Shown here: positions 37,719-50,511 of the stretch, one piece after another
Layout of the letters: every line of letters starts with the position of its first letter
Numbering within the stretch: the stretch's first letter is position 1
Assembly (NCBI RefSeq): GCF_018350175.1
Contig: NC_058369.1
Coordinates: 13,766,001-13,826,000, forward strand
Length of the DNA stretch: 60,000 nucleotides
Reading direction: 5' to 3'
DNA from: Felis catus
Lineage: Eukaryota
The notes under the pieces: generated by a model
What the model was told of the DNA's origin: nothing
What the model saw: only the letters and a program-made list of their open reading frames with translations
The model's database searches: none
Translations under genes and position numbers: made by a program

Positions 37719-38296
37719 AGGGCTGGTGATCTGACTCACGAGGCTGCTGAGACAAGGTATCAAACAGCACAAACCAGCTCTGCCACACACATGGCCTCCA
37801 GCTCCCACTTCCAAGTTTCTGAATGCTGTAAAATAAAGCATTGCAACATTCTTTGGGGAAGGGGGGAAAAAAAAAAAAAGGCCAAGAAACAAAAAACCAC
37901 CCTGACAAAAGTAAGGGGGCAAGGCCACTAGGGTCAGGGAGACCACCCCTCACTGGCCATGTAACCTCAGGTGGTGATGGACATCATGCCTGCGCTAATC
38001 GGTTTTCTCATCTGTGAAATGAGAACGACCCCATTCTTGACTTTCATGGGCTGCGGTCGGAACCTGGCAAGTTTACACCCTCAACCCTGAGAGGCAATGC
38101 AGACACAACAACGGCCATGTGACCTCACTGCATCGGTCCTCCTGCCAGGTCAAAGGGGACAAGGGCTGAGCAAAAGGACACCCGGATGCTCTGGGTGCAC
38201 CAGGAGGCGCTACCACAGACGGCCAATGAGACCGACCCTGACAGAGGGAGGGCCCCTTCCCCCCAAACAAAGAGAGCCATCAGAACCACAGAACCT

Positions 38297-39237
38297 GGGG
38301 CGTCTGGGTGGCTCAGTCAGTTGAGCACCCGACTGCAGCTCCAGTCATGATCTCGTGTCTCGTGGGTTCAAGTCCCACCATCAGGCTCTACGCTGACAGC
38401 TTGGAGCCTGCTGCAGATTCTATGTCTCCTCTCTCTCTGCTCCTCTTCCACTCATGCTCTGTCTGTCTCTCTCTCTCTCTCTCAAAAACAAGAAAACAAA
38501 AACAAAAACAAACAAAAACAGTGGCACCTGGGGGCTCAGTGGGTTAAGTGTCTGACTTTGGCTCAGGTCACGATCTCACTGCTTGTGGGTTGGAGCCCCA
38601 TGTCGGGCTCTATGCTGACAGTTCAGAGCCTGGAGCCTGCTTTGGATTCTGTGTCTCCCTCTCTGCCCCGTCTCCACTTGCTGACTCAAAAATATAAATG
38701 TTAAAAATAAATAAATAGGGCCACCTGGGTGGCTCGGTCAGTTAATCACCCGACTTCGGCTCAGGTCATGATCTCACGGTCCATAAGTTCGAGCCCCGCG
38801 TCGGGCTCTGTGCTGACCGCTCAGAGCCTGGAGCCTGTTTCAGATTCTGTGTCTCCCTCTCTCTGACCCTCCCCATTCATGCTCTGTCTCTCTCTGTCTC
38901 AAAAATAAATAAACGTTCAAAAATAAATTTAAAAAATTTTTTAAAAAACACCCCTTCTTTTAAATAAATAAATAAATAATATAAACAAACAAACAAACCA
39001 TGGGGCGCCTGGGTGGCTCGGTTGGTTAAGCATCCAACTTCGGCTCAGGTCATGATCTCGCGATTCATGGGTTCTAGCTCCGCGTCGGGCTCTGTACTGA
39101 CAACTCAGAGCCTGGAGCCTGCTTTAGATTCTGTGTCTCCCTCTCTCTCTGTCCCCCACCTCGCGCTCTGCCCCTGTCTCTCAACAATAAACATTAAAAA
39201 ATTTTTAAATAAATAAATAAAAACAAATTAAAAAAAA
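38297..39237 (+). mobile_element. Array of four head-to-tail Can-SINEs (starts ~38297, 38521, 38718, 39002)
   Basis: Four successive SINE heads and tails; cacagaacct flanks the whole array (38287-38296 and 39238-39247). Confidence 0.92.
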
Positions 39238-42200
39238 CACAGAACCTTTCCCAAAACTGCATCGACAACTTCAAACGATATTCAGCAAACTAATAACAAG
39301 CAATTAATAAGTGGTCATTTAAGTAAAACAGGACTACTGGCCATGCTCACGTTTCCACATCTGTCATGTATGTGGTAGGTATACCACAATGACTCTGGTG
39401 CATGTTAAACATTTGAGTGAACCCCTGAGATGATGCTGAGAATTCACCGTGTGGATGTCTGTCGTGTATTGCTTTGACAGCTGCCCCACCAACCCTCCAG
39501 TCATGACTTGGACACCGAATCTGGTTTTCTCCAAGCAGGACCTGTTGGTACCTTCCTCCTGTAACTGCCTCCCCTGACAAAGGCAGAAATGGGAAGTGTC
39601 CTTGCAGGACGAAGGGACAGAGGGACAGAGGAGGAACCATGGGCTTCCTTCAAGGAAGCAGTTGTGTGTCAGTGCTGACAGTGTACCCTTGTCCCTGCAG
39701 AGGTCAGCATGGCACAGGTGCCCTTACCTCTTGACGAGCCCTTTGCTCTGCCCCAGGGACAGGAAGCACTTCGTGTGGCCCTGCACACAGTGGCCCTCCC
39801 TGGCTATCCCTGCTTCCAAGAGTCACCAGCTGTGAGTCTGAATGTGACATGTGTATGAACGGACTTTGGGAATCATCGGGGCCATCCCGAATCTGTTAGT
39901 ATTTTCCAATTCACAAATGTTGCTTTAGCTTTTTCACTAATGTGTCACTGAGACAAGCTGGAGTAAACAAAAGACCCTGGAAGACAGCCTGAGAACACAG
40001 TCTGAGTGCTTCAAAGTCACCAGCCAGCTGGGTCCATGGTCATGCTCAAGAAAATGACAAATGGCTGGCTGGGTGCCAACTTCACACATTTAATTCACCA
40101 GAGCAGAACCTTGGAGTGAGCATCACTTATGGGGACCCGCCAGGACAACTTCCAGCCGCCGACGGAGGCCAAAAGTCACAGCAGGAGAGGTGATCTTGTT
40201 CCACGAGGAGCACGGTGGGTCCCACCTGGGAGAAGGAACAAACATGTGACGATGCCATCCTCACCCTCTGGACTGGCGCCCAGAGAGAAAACCGGGATCA
40301 AGCCACACTGGAGAAATCCCCGTTAAAAGACCAGCCAACGGGAAACAGCAATGAACACAGCATAGACCGAAAAGATAGTCGCAAGTAGCTAAAACACGAG
40401 ACACCATCAGGAAGACAAAAACGAGAGTGAGGTAATCATTTTCGCCCAGCACCACCACAAAATTAGGAAGAATCAGATAATCTGGTGTGTAAGAGGAAGT
40501 GGGAAAGGCATGGTGGGGCTGGGGGTGGGGGATGGAAGAAGCACAACCCGCGGGGCAGCAGCTCAGAGCTGGGCCCTCCCCTGGGTTTGTAGGGTCAGGC
40601 TGGGCTAGTGGCCCATGCCAGGGGCCACTTGTTCAGACGAGGATGGACAGGAGTCACGGGGTGGGACCCACGAGCCTCAACAGGATGTGCATGACGAGCA
40701 CCATCCTGCAGGTCTGGCTGGTGCCCAAGAGCGGTCACAGCATGTAAAAGCAAAATAAAGTCGGAAGCCACCGATCCAGAAAAGGAAGGTCCAATCGAAT
40801 CCGCGGGCTCACAGCAAAGGCCTGGTGCGTGCGGCCCTCCCACACACACTCCGTCCTGGGGAGAGTCCTGGGCTCTGGGAATGTACCTCTCGATGGGTAA
40901 GAGAGTGGGGAGGCAGTGAGGGCCCTGATACTGGAGAGAAGACTTCCAAAGAAAGGCCCTCGGCAGTCAAGGAGGAGAGCACACCGGGGTCTGGACAACA
41001 GAGTTCCAGGTGCCCTGTGTGGGTGCTTTGGGCATGGGAGACACATGATCGCAATCACTCACCGCCACTGTAAGCATCCCCCAGGGGCACCGAGTCGCAC
41101 TGCTGCCCAGCTGGCCGAGACAAGGGGTTCATAACCGGCAGAAGGAGCCCTGTGTTAGGTCACCAAATGTCCCAGAGCTCTGTGGGATACGAAGGCCCCA
41201 GGAGTGGCCCCTATCGCTGTGGCTCAATATTCTCCATTAAGAGCGCACACTCTCGGTCCAGCCGGAGCTGAATGAGGGCTCTGGGACAGCAGGGGACCCT
41301 GGGAACAGGCACAGCCACCCGGGGGTGACGGGCCACAAGAACAGAGCACAGGCCCCATGGCTGTGGGTAGAGAGAGGCTTCCGGGAGCCATGACCACAGA
41401 GCTATCTATGCTGACAGAGCACTTTCTATATGGGCCACAGGCATGACAGGAGTGAGCCAGGAGGAGATGGAGGGATCGCAGGTGAGTGGGGCGAGGGGCA
41501 CGGGCCCCTGAGGAGGGAGAGGTGCTCTGACTACAGCCTTTGACCCAGGCAGAATGACCAGCAAGCAGCAGGCACCCACCTCGACGTGTGCTGCGATGAC
41601 AGTGCCATAGACAGGGCAGCCAGAAGCCAGACTGAGCTGGCTTCAGTCAATCCTGCAAGCAAGGACCACCACCCCCGCCACCACAGAAAATCTGTGACCA
41701 GCCAAATTAGGAGCAAATGTTTAGAGCTGAAAGGTTAAATGTCCCCACCGAGGACCTTCCGGTACCCTAAACATAGGAGCTCCCAAAAACCCCATCTTTG
41801 AAGGAAGACAAACCTTAGTGATGACATTTGCCACTTGTTAAATCAGAGTCCCAGGACATGGGGCATGCAGCACGGTCAGTGTTCTGTGAGGAAAACGGAT
41901 GACCTTCATCTTTCTGCTTCTGAACCAACTTAGGGAAGAAGTTTTAGGCCCACAAATGCAGAATCCAAAAGCCCCTGCCTGGGGAAAGCACTCGGCAGCC
42001 TGGCAAGGTTTGCCAATGCCCAGGCACGAGCCCGGTCACTGGTAACAGATAGGCCAGGGCCCCAAGCAAATGGCCCTGATGCTGCTGTCCACGGCACCCC
42101 CATCACCCCTGCACGGGGAGCACCCTGCAGGGGAAGGCACTGCCCCGTGACCACACGAGGCCAAGAACTTGCCACTGGCCACCAGCTCCTGGGCAGAGTC

Positions 42201-45200
42201 AGGCCACACTGTAGGACTCCCTGGCCCCTACTCCTATCACTTACTTAATAAAGTGCCACTTTATACCTGGTTTTATTTGATAAAAAAGGGAAAAGGTAGC
42301 ACGACAGGCCTAGGCCTACCACAGGGAAGGTGCTACGAGCCAGCCGTTCCAGACTGGGTCCAACCAGACTGTCCACTTGTGGGCCCACGCTGAGGCTCCA
42401 GGCAGCTTCAGAGGTGCCTTTATGGTGCGCTTTGTGAGGGAACACCACCATCCTGGGCTAAGATCCGGGGCAACACAAGCGAGAAGGACATGGAAGGGCT
42501 TTCTTTATGGAAAAGGAGTCTGGCAGAGCCAGAGAACAGCGAGTAAATCAGATATATAAGCATGGAGAGCCCCCCCCCCCCCCCCAAGGAGTTACAGCCA
42601 CCAGGCTAGGGAGCTACCACGGGAGCCGAGCTGCCAGTATCCAGACCCGGTGCAAGACACCCGCCCTTGGAGCAACAGAGCAGACTGCACAAGGCTAGAG
42701 TTAGACCAGGAGACCGCACAGGACCTGCGTCCCTCTTGACATGGTCCCACCACAAGTTCATCTGATAATGGTTCACTATGCTCCTGTGTGCTACAGCAGC
42801 CCAGCTATGGCTGGGACAGAAGCAGGCAGACCTCTAGGGACATGTTGAGTGCTGGAGGGCACACGGAGCGGGGACCCTCTGACCCGAGATGACAAAGGAA
42901 GGGGCAGGGTGTAGGGTCGGGAAGACATGGAGGTAAAGCATTCCAGGTGTGGGCACAGGGCACTGTGTCCTGAAGCCCAGAAGCGTGTGGTGCCCTGTGG
43001 TGCAGCATGCCCCGGCCACCCTCCCCGTCCTCTCTGACCTGTCACCCTGACCGTGATGCTCAAGGAAGAGGTCCAGGCCGCTCCCTCAGCACATCCTCCC
43101 ATGACTCCCCAGGGTACAGGCTCTTCCCCACCACCTGCCTGGGGCCCAGGAATGCCACTTTTCCTTCAGGTCCTGCCAAATATCCCTTCTCCAGGGACCT
43201 CTCCTGGCTGGTAGGTAGGATTAAAGCCCATGGGACTATCCCTCTTCACTTGGAACCATCAATGCCCAGCACAGGGTCAAGCACTGGAGGACTATTTGCT
43301 TACCTTGCTGTTATACCTGGGACCTGGCTGGAGTCTGGCCAAAGTTAAGGACACACACTCTGGGCCATCAGATGCCTAGGTCTGACTGGGACCCCACATG
43401 TAGACATCCCACTCACTCGCTCCCCACTGCCCAGGCTTCACCTGGCCTGCAGAGTCTGGGGAGGACTTGCCAGGTGGCCACAGCTCGTGGAAGGTATGCA
43501 CAGACTGCTTTATTTCAGGCCCTGCATGATGGGTGCTCATCCGCTGTGCAGACAGGGCAGGCTGGCACAGGGGCTGAGGAAGGCTGGCCCCATAAGTGGG
43601 CACAGGACAGGAGGCTGGCTGCTCTGTTACACAACCTGCCTGTATGGGCTGACTGCTGCCACTCCTGTCCTGTTTTTTTAAACACAATCTTCTGACTCTT
43701 TGGGTTACCAAAATCTCCGCACACATCCTGAGTGGAAATGATGACATGAGGCTCGCTTTTCTAAATTTCCCCTAAATTTTCCATAGACTTCAGGATTCCT
43801 CCTGGACTCCGATGTAAAACTGCTATGCACATCTGATTTCTGCTGTGCTCATCTGTGGCTGGGGCAGGGAAAGGGGAAGCAGCTAGAGGCTCCAGAACCC
43901 TCAAGCCTGGAACCTGGCTTTCAGAACAGCAATGCTCATCTCCCCGGAACTGGCCAACTTGCAGAGCTCGGATTCTGGGCCCCCTGACGCCACCCGTCAA
44001 GCTTAAGGTGAGCTCAGCACCACCCACAGGGTGAATCGATAGGTTAAAAAGTAACGAGAAACACTAGCCCCAACTTGAAACAAACAAAGCTTTCCAGGCT
44101 GCATCCTGGCCAAGGCCCAGCCTTGAGTGCGTGTGAGCTGTGTCCCCACTCTCCTCTCTAACACACCCTGCGGGCTTCTTCTGAGAAATGCTACTGACTC
44201 CAGAAACCATCCACTGTGGGAAGCCTTCCACAGTGACCACTGAGTCCTGCCACCAACTTGTCAATAGGTCCTGGGGACTCACACAGACCCTGTAGCCTTG
44301 AGCAGCCAAGGAGTCGGTTGGCCAGGAGTCTATGATGCCTGTAACCCAGGAGACCCTCCACCCAGAGTTCCAATGGAGTGGCAAACTCCTGACTTTCCAA
44401 GACACCTCAGGCCTTAATTATTCTCCTGGATGGCTGGGGCTATGGCATGGACAGCCAGCCCCTTCTCCCCTGCTCCTCCCAGCCCCGTGTCCTGCTCTGA
44501 ACTTGGCAGCCACCCAACCATATCAATATCAGTGAAGGTTTGGAAGCAATACAAGCTGTCCCCCACCCTGGCCATCGGCTGTTCAAGGGACAGCAGCTCA
44601 GATAGCCAGAACCTGTATCCAGGCCCACGGGGCACACACATGAACGCCAGGCAGGGGCAACATCCTGGGTCTGCAGCCTGTTTCAGCCCCGATTCTGACA
44701 ATATGAGGTATCCTGTTCCACCACCCCAGGCCTGGGCCTTGCATCCCGCATCCTCCAGTGACCTCCCTGCAACACCCCCAAGCTCGTCCGCCCTGAGCTT
44801 CACAACAGCAGAGGGACGCCCACACCTGCAACACGTGGTGTGCTTGCTCTTAAATAGCTGAGCCCCAGGAATAGCACCAAGAGCCCCAAGAAGAGAACAC
44901 AGAGGTGGTACCACATCTATTCAGACCAGCCACTCACCGAAGCTGAGCTGTGCCTAGCAGATCCCACACTTGGCAATCAATTCCTGTCACCCGAAAGCAT
45001 GTGGACTCAATGAATTTACACAAGAGACCAAGACAAGAAAGAGGAGAGGCAGGTCACAGGAGCCACGTGAAGATCCCAGAACAAAGCGCGATTAGAGCCA
45101 CTGTTCCGGGTGGGGCACAGACCCTGGTGAGTTGCCCTCCATCCCTGAGGAGAAAGCGGTCCAGCATCAGCCCCACTTCTGCTGACAGCCTGGGAGCCTT

Positions 45201-45995
45201 GCCCTGCATACTTGGGCACCAGTGAAACCCATTCACTGGCCACATTCTCACAGCCCAGGTTCACGGTGGTGGGGGAGCGGGGGCAGGGGGTGGGGAAGGG
45301 GAGGGTATTAACCTCATCTGCTCAGAGACAGGACCTTCCCCACAGAGATACCAGCCAGCAGAGCCAAAGGCAGGAAGGACCGGGGGCCACATAGCATCAA
45401 TCCTACACTCTAAGCCAAAACCCGTCTAAGAATCCTTAACACAGCTCCACTTCCTGTCAGGAGGAACTGGCACAGATCACTGGGTCATGTGGCTCTGTGC
45501 ACAAGGCTCCCCACCAGCAGGACCCTGTGCACAGGTAAGGGAGCCAGCCAGGCCTCGTCCCGACGCCAGAGCAAGCTGGAGACACGCTGAACACGGGCGA
45601 CCAGTGCTGGCTGTCCTCATCCCACTTGCCAGATGCACTGAGAGCTGAGCACATCTCGCTGGAACAAGCAGACATCTGTGAGCGTCCAACACCAAAAATA
45701 GTGTGACCAGGGGAGGAAGGAACACACTCTTCTAGCTGTGACCTGCCTCTGCCTCACATATCTCCCCGCAGTCTCTCCACACTGGGATGTTCCCCACACG
45801 ATCCTGCCCTCGGGTCTCCCCACCGCACAGCACCTCTGCCCCGCCCTGCAGCAGTTCAACAGTCCCACCGATTCTGAAAAAGGAGAGACGACACTGAAAG
45901 ATAAGAGAAGATCATGCCATTTCTACTGATAGAAGCCAAGAACCCAGATACCGCAGGCCCTTGGCAGAGAGGCCTGACTGCCCTTCTCCAAGTCG

Positions 45996-46216
45996 TTTTT
46001 TTTTTTTTTAATGTTTATTTATTTTTGAGAGTGAGAGACAGAGACAGAGCATGAGTGGGGGAGGGGCAGAGAGAGAGGGAGACACAGAATCCGAAGCAGG
46101 CTCCAGACTCCGAGCTGTCAGCACAGAGCCTGGCATGGGGCTCGAACTCACAAACCGTGAGATCCTGACCTGAGCCGGAGTCGGATGCTCAACCGACTGA
46201 GCCACCCGGGCACCCC
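45996..46216 (-). mobile_element. Can-SINE (felid type)
   Basis: Reverse-complement SINE; TSD cccttctcca(a/g)gtc. Confidence 0.93.
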
Positions 46217-47089
46217 CCTTCTCCAGGTCTTTAGGGCTGCTGGTACCTAATTCAGAATCCATCTATAGATGATACTCATTCTGAGCTGAGAAAGCTCTGG
46301 AAGATTCACTGAGGCCCCCCGCCGCCTGTGGAAAGCTCACTCCTAGAGGACAGGAGATGCCTGCTGCTCACTGTCTCCTGTCACCTAGTTGCTCCTCATG
46401 CCACGAAACACACGTTCGAAAGACGCCCCAATGAACAACCAACCCCTGAGTACAATCCTCCCCTGGAAGATGACACTAGTCCCACTGTATCCCCAGGGAC
46501 CTAAGGCTGAGGAGACAGAGGGAGGGGAGAGGGATGCTGCAGCCACAGCCGGACTCCAACGGCAGGCAGATGCCCGCCCTCCCACCTCTGCCAGGAACAC
46601 CCGTGCTTGGCCCTTCCTGCCCAGGCTGCGCATGAATTGTGTTTCCAGAGTTCACCAGCAGGTCACAAGTAAAAAGGACAGGCCCACCAGAGGCTGTGCC
46701 AGTCTGGAGCTGTGCCCGAGAAAAGCTCCTGGGCAACCCAGGGATTTGCACGTGGAATGGGAAGCATTCCAAGTCTGCCTGAAACTGGGGTGGGAGGGAG
46801 GGTGCAGACAATCCTAGGGCAGACACCCTCAGGTTTGAGGTTCGATTTAATCTATGCTGACCGTGTATCCTCAGGTCAGTCACCATCGTCCAGGTGTCCC
46901 TTCAGTGAAATGAAGGGGCCAGACCAAAAGGACACTCCAAGATCTCAGTCCAGCCCTGAGACGTGACAGGAAGCCACAGCCCACGGGGGCGGCATGCCAC
47001 AGCACAGGGGTCCAAGGTGTGAGCCCGGTCAGCACATTCTACTAGCACACGTAGTCCTCACGTCACACGCCCGTGCCAACACTTCAGAC

Positions 47090-47288
47090 CAGCAGCTCTC
47101 AAGCGTTGTCTGTAAAGGGCCAGAGGATCAATCTCTTAGGTTTTGAGAACTAGACAATCTCCATCACAAAGACTCAACTGCTATCATACGGCAAAAGCAG
47201 CCTTAAATGATGCTCTGTTCCAAAAAAACTTTAGAAACACAGCCGGCAGGTTGCATTTGCCCCTTGGGTCATGGCTTACTAACTTCTT
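47090..47288. mobile_element. MER58A-like (hAT-Charlie) relic
   Basis: tctgtaaagggccaga...ttaggttttg...actcaact...aaagcagcc...ctgttccaaaaaaacttta matches recalled MER58A. Confidence 0.75.
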
Positions 47289-47314
47289 TCAGGCTGAAAG
47301 AAGAACATGCCACA

Positions 47315-47530
47315 GGGGCCCCTAGGAGGCTCAGTTGGTTAAGCGCCCAACTCTTGATTGCGGCTCAAGTCATGATCTCACAGTTCGTGAGAGCGAGCCC
47401 TGTGTCGGGCTCTGTGCTGACAGCGTGGCGCCTGCTTGGAATTCTCTCTCTGTCCCTCTCTCTTTGCCCCTCCCCACTTGCGCACATGTGCCCTCTCTCT
47501 TTCTCTCTCTCAAATAAACTTTTGAAAAAA
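47315..47530 (+). mobile_element. Can-SINE
   Basis: ggggcccctaggaggctcagttggttaagcgcccaactcttg...; atgcc(a/g)ca flanks. Confidence 0.9.
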
Positions 47531-48958
47531 TGCCGCAACAGTCTACTTCGTTGGCATCCTTATCCAATTCTGTTCACCTCCTATGGCAGCAAATATGCCA
47601 GAGGCCTTGGTTTTGGAGGCTAGCAGCTACAACAGCAACACTGGGCACAGCAGACCTCAGCTTCCTTGAGGACAAGAGGCCCACTATCACTAATGGTACA
47701 GAAAACAGAGCAGCCAGGATGGGGACAAGGCATGGGATCCCTGTCAGGACCTGGAGAACAATGTAGCGGGGAGGTTATAGGCAGGAGGTGCCCACGTCAA
47801 GGGGAAGGCCATGCTAAGCTAATGCCCCACCCCCAGCTACTGCACACTGAGCTGTCCTGACTTCATTCAGTGGGCATTCTGCTTGCTGTAAGTGTTGCTC
47901 TAGGTCCCTTAAATCATCCCCTCCAGATGCGGGGAGAACCACAAGGTCCATATCAGGAAGCTGATTTTCCTCCAAAAAGTCACTGTCCAGGAAAAAAAGG
48001 GGGGGGGGGGGGAGGAACCTTCCAATCCACTTATCCTCAGGCCAATGGCAGGAGGCGAGGCTAGTCTAAGCTCTCTGGGTCCCAGCGGTACCACCCCCCA
48101 CAAAGAAGAGCAGCATGAAGGGTGGCTGTCTCAGCCCGGCCCCTCGCCCCGCCTCTGATCAGCCTATGCTTAACTGTAGGGCCTGAAAGCAAGTGTGGGG
48201 CCCTAGGCCCATGTGCACATCCCGTAAGCAGAAGGGGAGGCGCCAGCAGGACAGGGGCAGGGAGTCCCGCCTCCACAGCTGGAAGCCCTGAGGCAAGTGG
48301 ACTGCATCTGCCCACAGGGTCAGAGAAAACACCGCTCCTCCTTAAGCACTACTGGCACAGGCCCCAGCCCTGAGGCCAAGCCAAAGGCAGGAGCAAAGGC
48401 AGCAGCATAGTCCCCTACCTGTCCACCACCCCCCAGAGGGCAGGGAACACCCAACCCGAGGGGCCTCCAGGCCATTTCCTACCTGGAAGAAAGCCCATTT
48501 TCCACAAGTCACTTTTTGATTCAATGTGGAACTGAAAGAACTAAATTCACCAAAGGAGGGATTCTGCCCCATCTGAGCTCATGGCCAGGGAAGGGCCCGG
48601 CAGCCTCAGGTGCCACAGGGTGGAGCCCAACCTTGCCAATGTCCCTCAGGGCCTCTGTTTGGTTTGGGGACCGGAACACAGACGTCGTGCCACTGGGAGG
48701 GCTGGGAGGTGGTGACAGTTTCCTTGGCCTCGCTGCCATCTACACCCAGGTGACCCTGATCAAGATCCTCAGGCAGGACCCGAAGCTAGCCCAAGCCCAC
48801 CTCAAGTGTGAGAGCCAACATGACCCAATTCCCTGGGGTCAGGTTCTCTGTCACCTGCGATAAGGGGACTCCTGAGCCCATCAGTGGTCCAGCAGGCGTC
48901 AGAAGCCCCATAGACCCAAACTCTCGTTGGAGACCCATCAGTATAGCTACTATCAAAA

Positions 48959-48961
<3 letters not shown>

Positions 48962-49006
<45 letters not shown>
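48962..49006. repeat. (CA)n microsatellite
   Basis: Directly visible. Confidence 0.95.
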
Positions 49007-49010
<4 letters not shown>

Positions 49011-49208
49011 AGAAAATACCAAGTGTTGGTGAGGATGGTTGGCTGAAGAAATTGGAACTCTTATACACTGCTGGTGGGAATGTGAAATAGTGCAGTCGCT
49101 GTGGAAAACGGCTTGGCAGTTTTTCAAAAAGTTAAACATAGAATTACCATATGATCCAGCAACTCAACTTCTGGATATATACTCAAAAGAACTAAAAACA
49201 GGAACTCA

Positions 49209-49685
49209 AGTGAAATAAATCAGAGAAAGACAAATACTGTAAGGTCTCATTTATATGTGGGATCCTAAAAAAGAAAAGAAAAAAGACAAACCCGCAAAAA
49301 GAGATCAGACTTGTGGTCACCAGAGGCAGGGAGTGGGGGAAGAAAAACTGGAGGAAGGGGGGGGGTCAAAAGGTGCAAACTTCCACTTATAAAATAAATG
49401 AGCACTAGAGATGTAATCTATGACATGGGGACTACAGCTAACAGTGCTGTTATGATATACAGAGAAGTTGCTAGGAGGGTAGATCTTAAGATTTCTTATC
49501 ATTAAGAAACAACTCTTTTTTTTTTTTTTTTGTATCCATATGAGATGAGAAATGTGAACTCAATTTGCTGTGGTCATCATCTCACGATATGGGTCAGTCA
49601 TGTTACTATTCTGTACACCTTAATCGTATACGGCGCCAGATGTCAATTATATCTCAATAAAACTGAGAGGAAAAAGGGGGGGGGG
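49209..49685 (+). mobile_element. Younger L1 3' end (L1MA9/L1_Carn-like) inserted in L1MB
   Basis: gtgaaataaatcagagaaagacaaatactgt...tgtacaccttaa...tgtcaattatatctcaataaaactg; interrupts the host L1 between aggaactcaa and agagcctcaa. Confidence 0.75.
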
Positions 49686-49920
49686 AAGCAGAGCCTCAAA
49701 CAGATGTTTGTACACCAATGTTCACAGCAGCACTATTTACAGCAGCCAAGAGGTATAAACAACCCAGTATCCATCAACAGACCACTGGATAAACAAAATG
49801 TGGTATATCCATACGATGGAATATTATTCAGCCTTAAAAGGGAAGGAAACTGGCACAGGCTACAACATGAATGAACCTTGAACACCATGAAAGAAATGAG
49901 TCATAAAAGGACAAATACCA

Positions 49921-50040
49921 GGGCGTCCAGCTGGCTCAGTTGCAAGAGCATGCAACTCTTGATCTTGGGGTCATGAGTTCAAGCCCCATGTTGGGTGCAA
50001 AGATTACTTACTTACATAAACAAACAAACTAAAAAAAATC
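49921..50040 (+). mobile_element. Short tRNA-Lys-derived carnivore SINE
   Basis: gggcgtccagctggctcagttgcaagagcatgcaactcttgatcttggggtcatgagttcaagcccc; TSD taaaaggacaaat(a/g)cca at 49904-49920 and 50041-50057. Confidence 0.88.
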
Positions 50041-50322
50041 TAAAAGGACAAATGCCATATGATCTCACTTAAATGAGATCACAAAAGTTATCAAATTCAT
50101 AGAGACAGAAACTAGAATGGTGGGTGCCAGGGGCTAAGGGAGGGGAATTAGTTTTTAATGGGGACAGAGTTTCAATTTGGGAAGATGGGAAAGTTCTGGA
50201 GCTGGATGGTGATGATGGCTGCACACACACTTGATATCACTAATCTGTACACTCAAAAATGGTTAAAAAGCGAAAAAAATGGTTAAGATGGTAATTTTAT
50301 GTTATGTGCATCTCACCACAAC

Positions 50323-50511
50323 TTTTAAAAAACATTTACTTATTTTTGAGAGAGCACAAGCAGGGGAGGGGCAGAGAGAAGGGGACAGAAGATCCCAAGC
50401 TGGCTCTGCACTGACAGCAGTGAGCCCGATGTGGGGCTTGAACTCACAAATCACGAGATGATGACCTGAGCCAAGATCAGGTGCTCAACTGACTGAACCA
50501 CCCAGGTACCC
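50323..50511 (-). mobile_element. Can-SINE
   Basis: Reverse-complement SINE; TSD ctcaccacaa at 50312-50321 and 50512-50521. Confidence 0.9.

Larger units (their letters stand above)
48935..50322 (+). mobile_element. L1MB-like 3' region with nested insertions
   Basis: aagtgttggtgaggatg...aaattggaactcttatacactgctggtgggaatgtg...catagaattaccatatgatccagcaa, resuming at aaacagatgtttgtacaccaatgttcacagcagcact and ending aaaatggttaagatggtaattttatgttatg. Confidence 0.88.
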
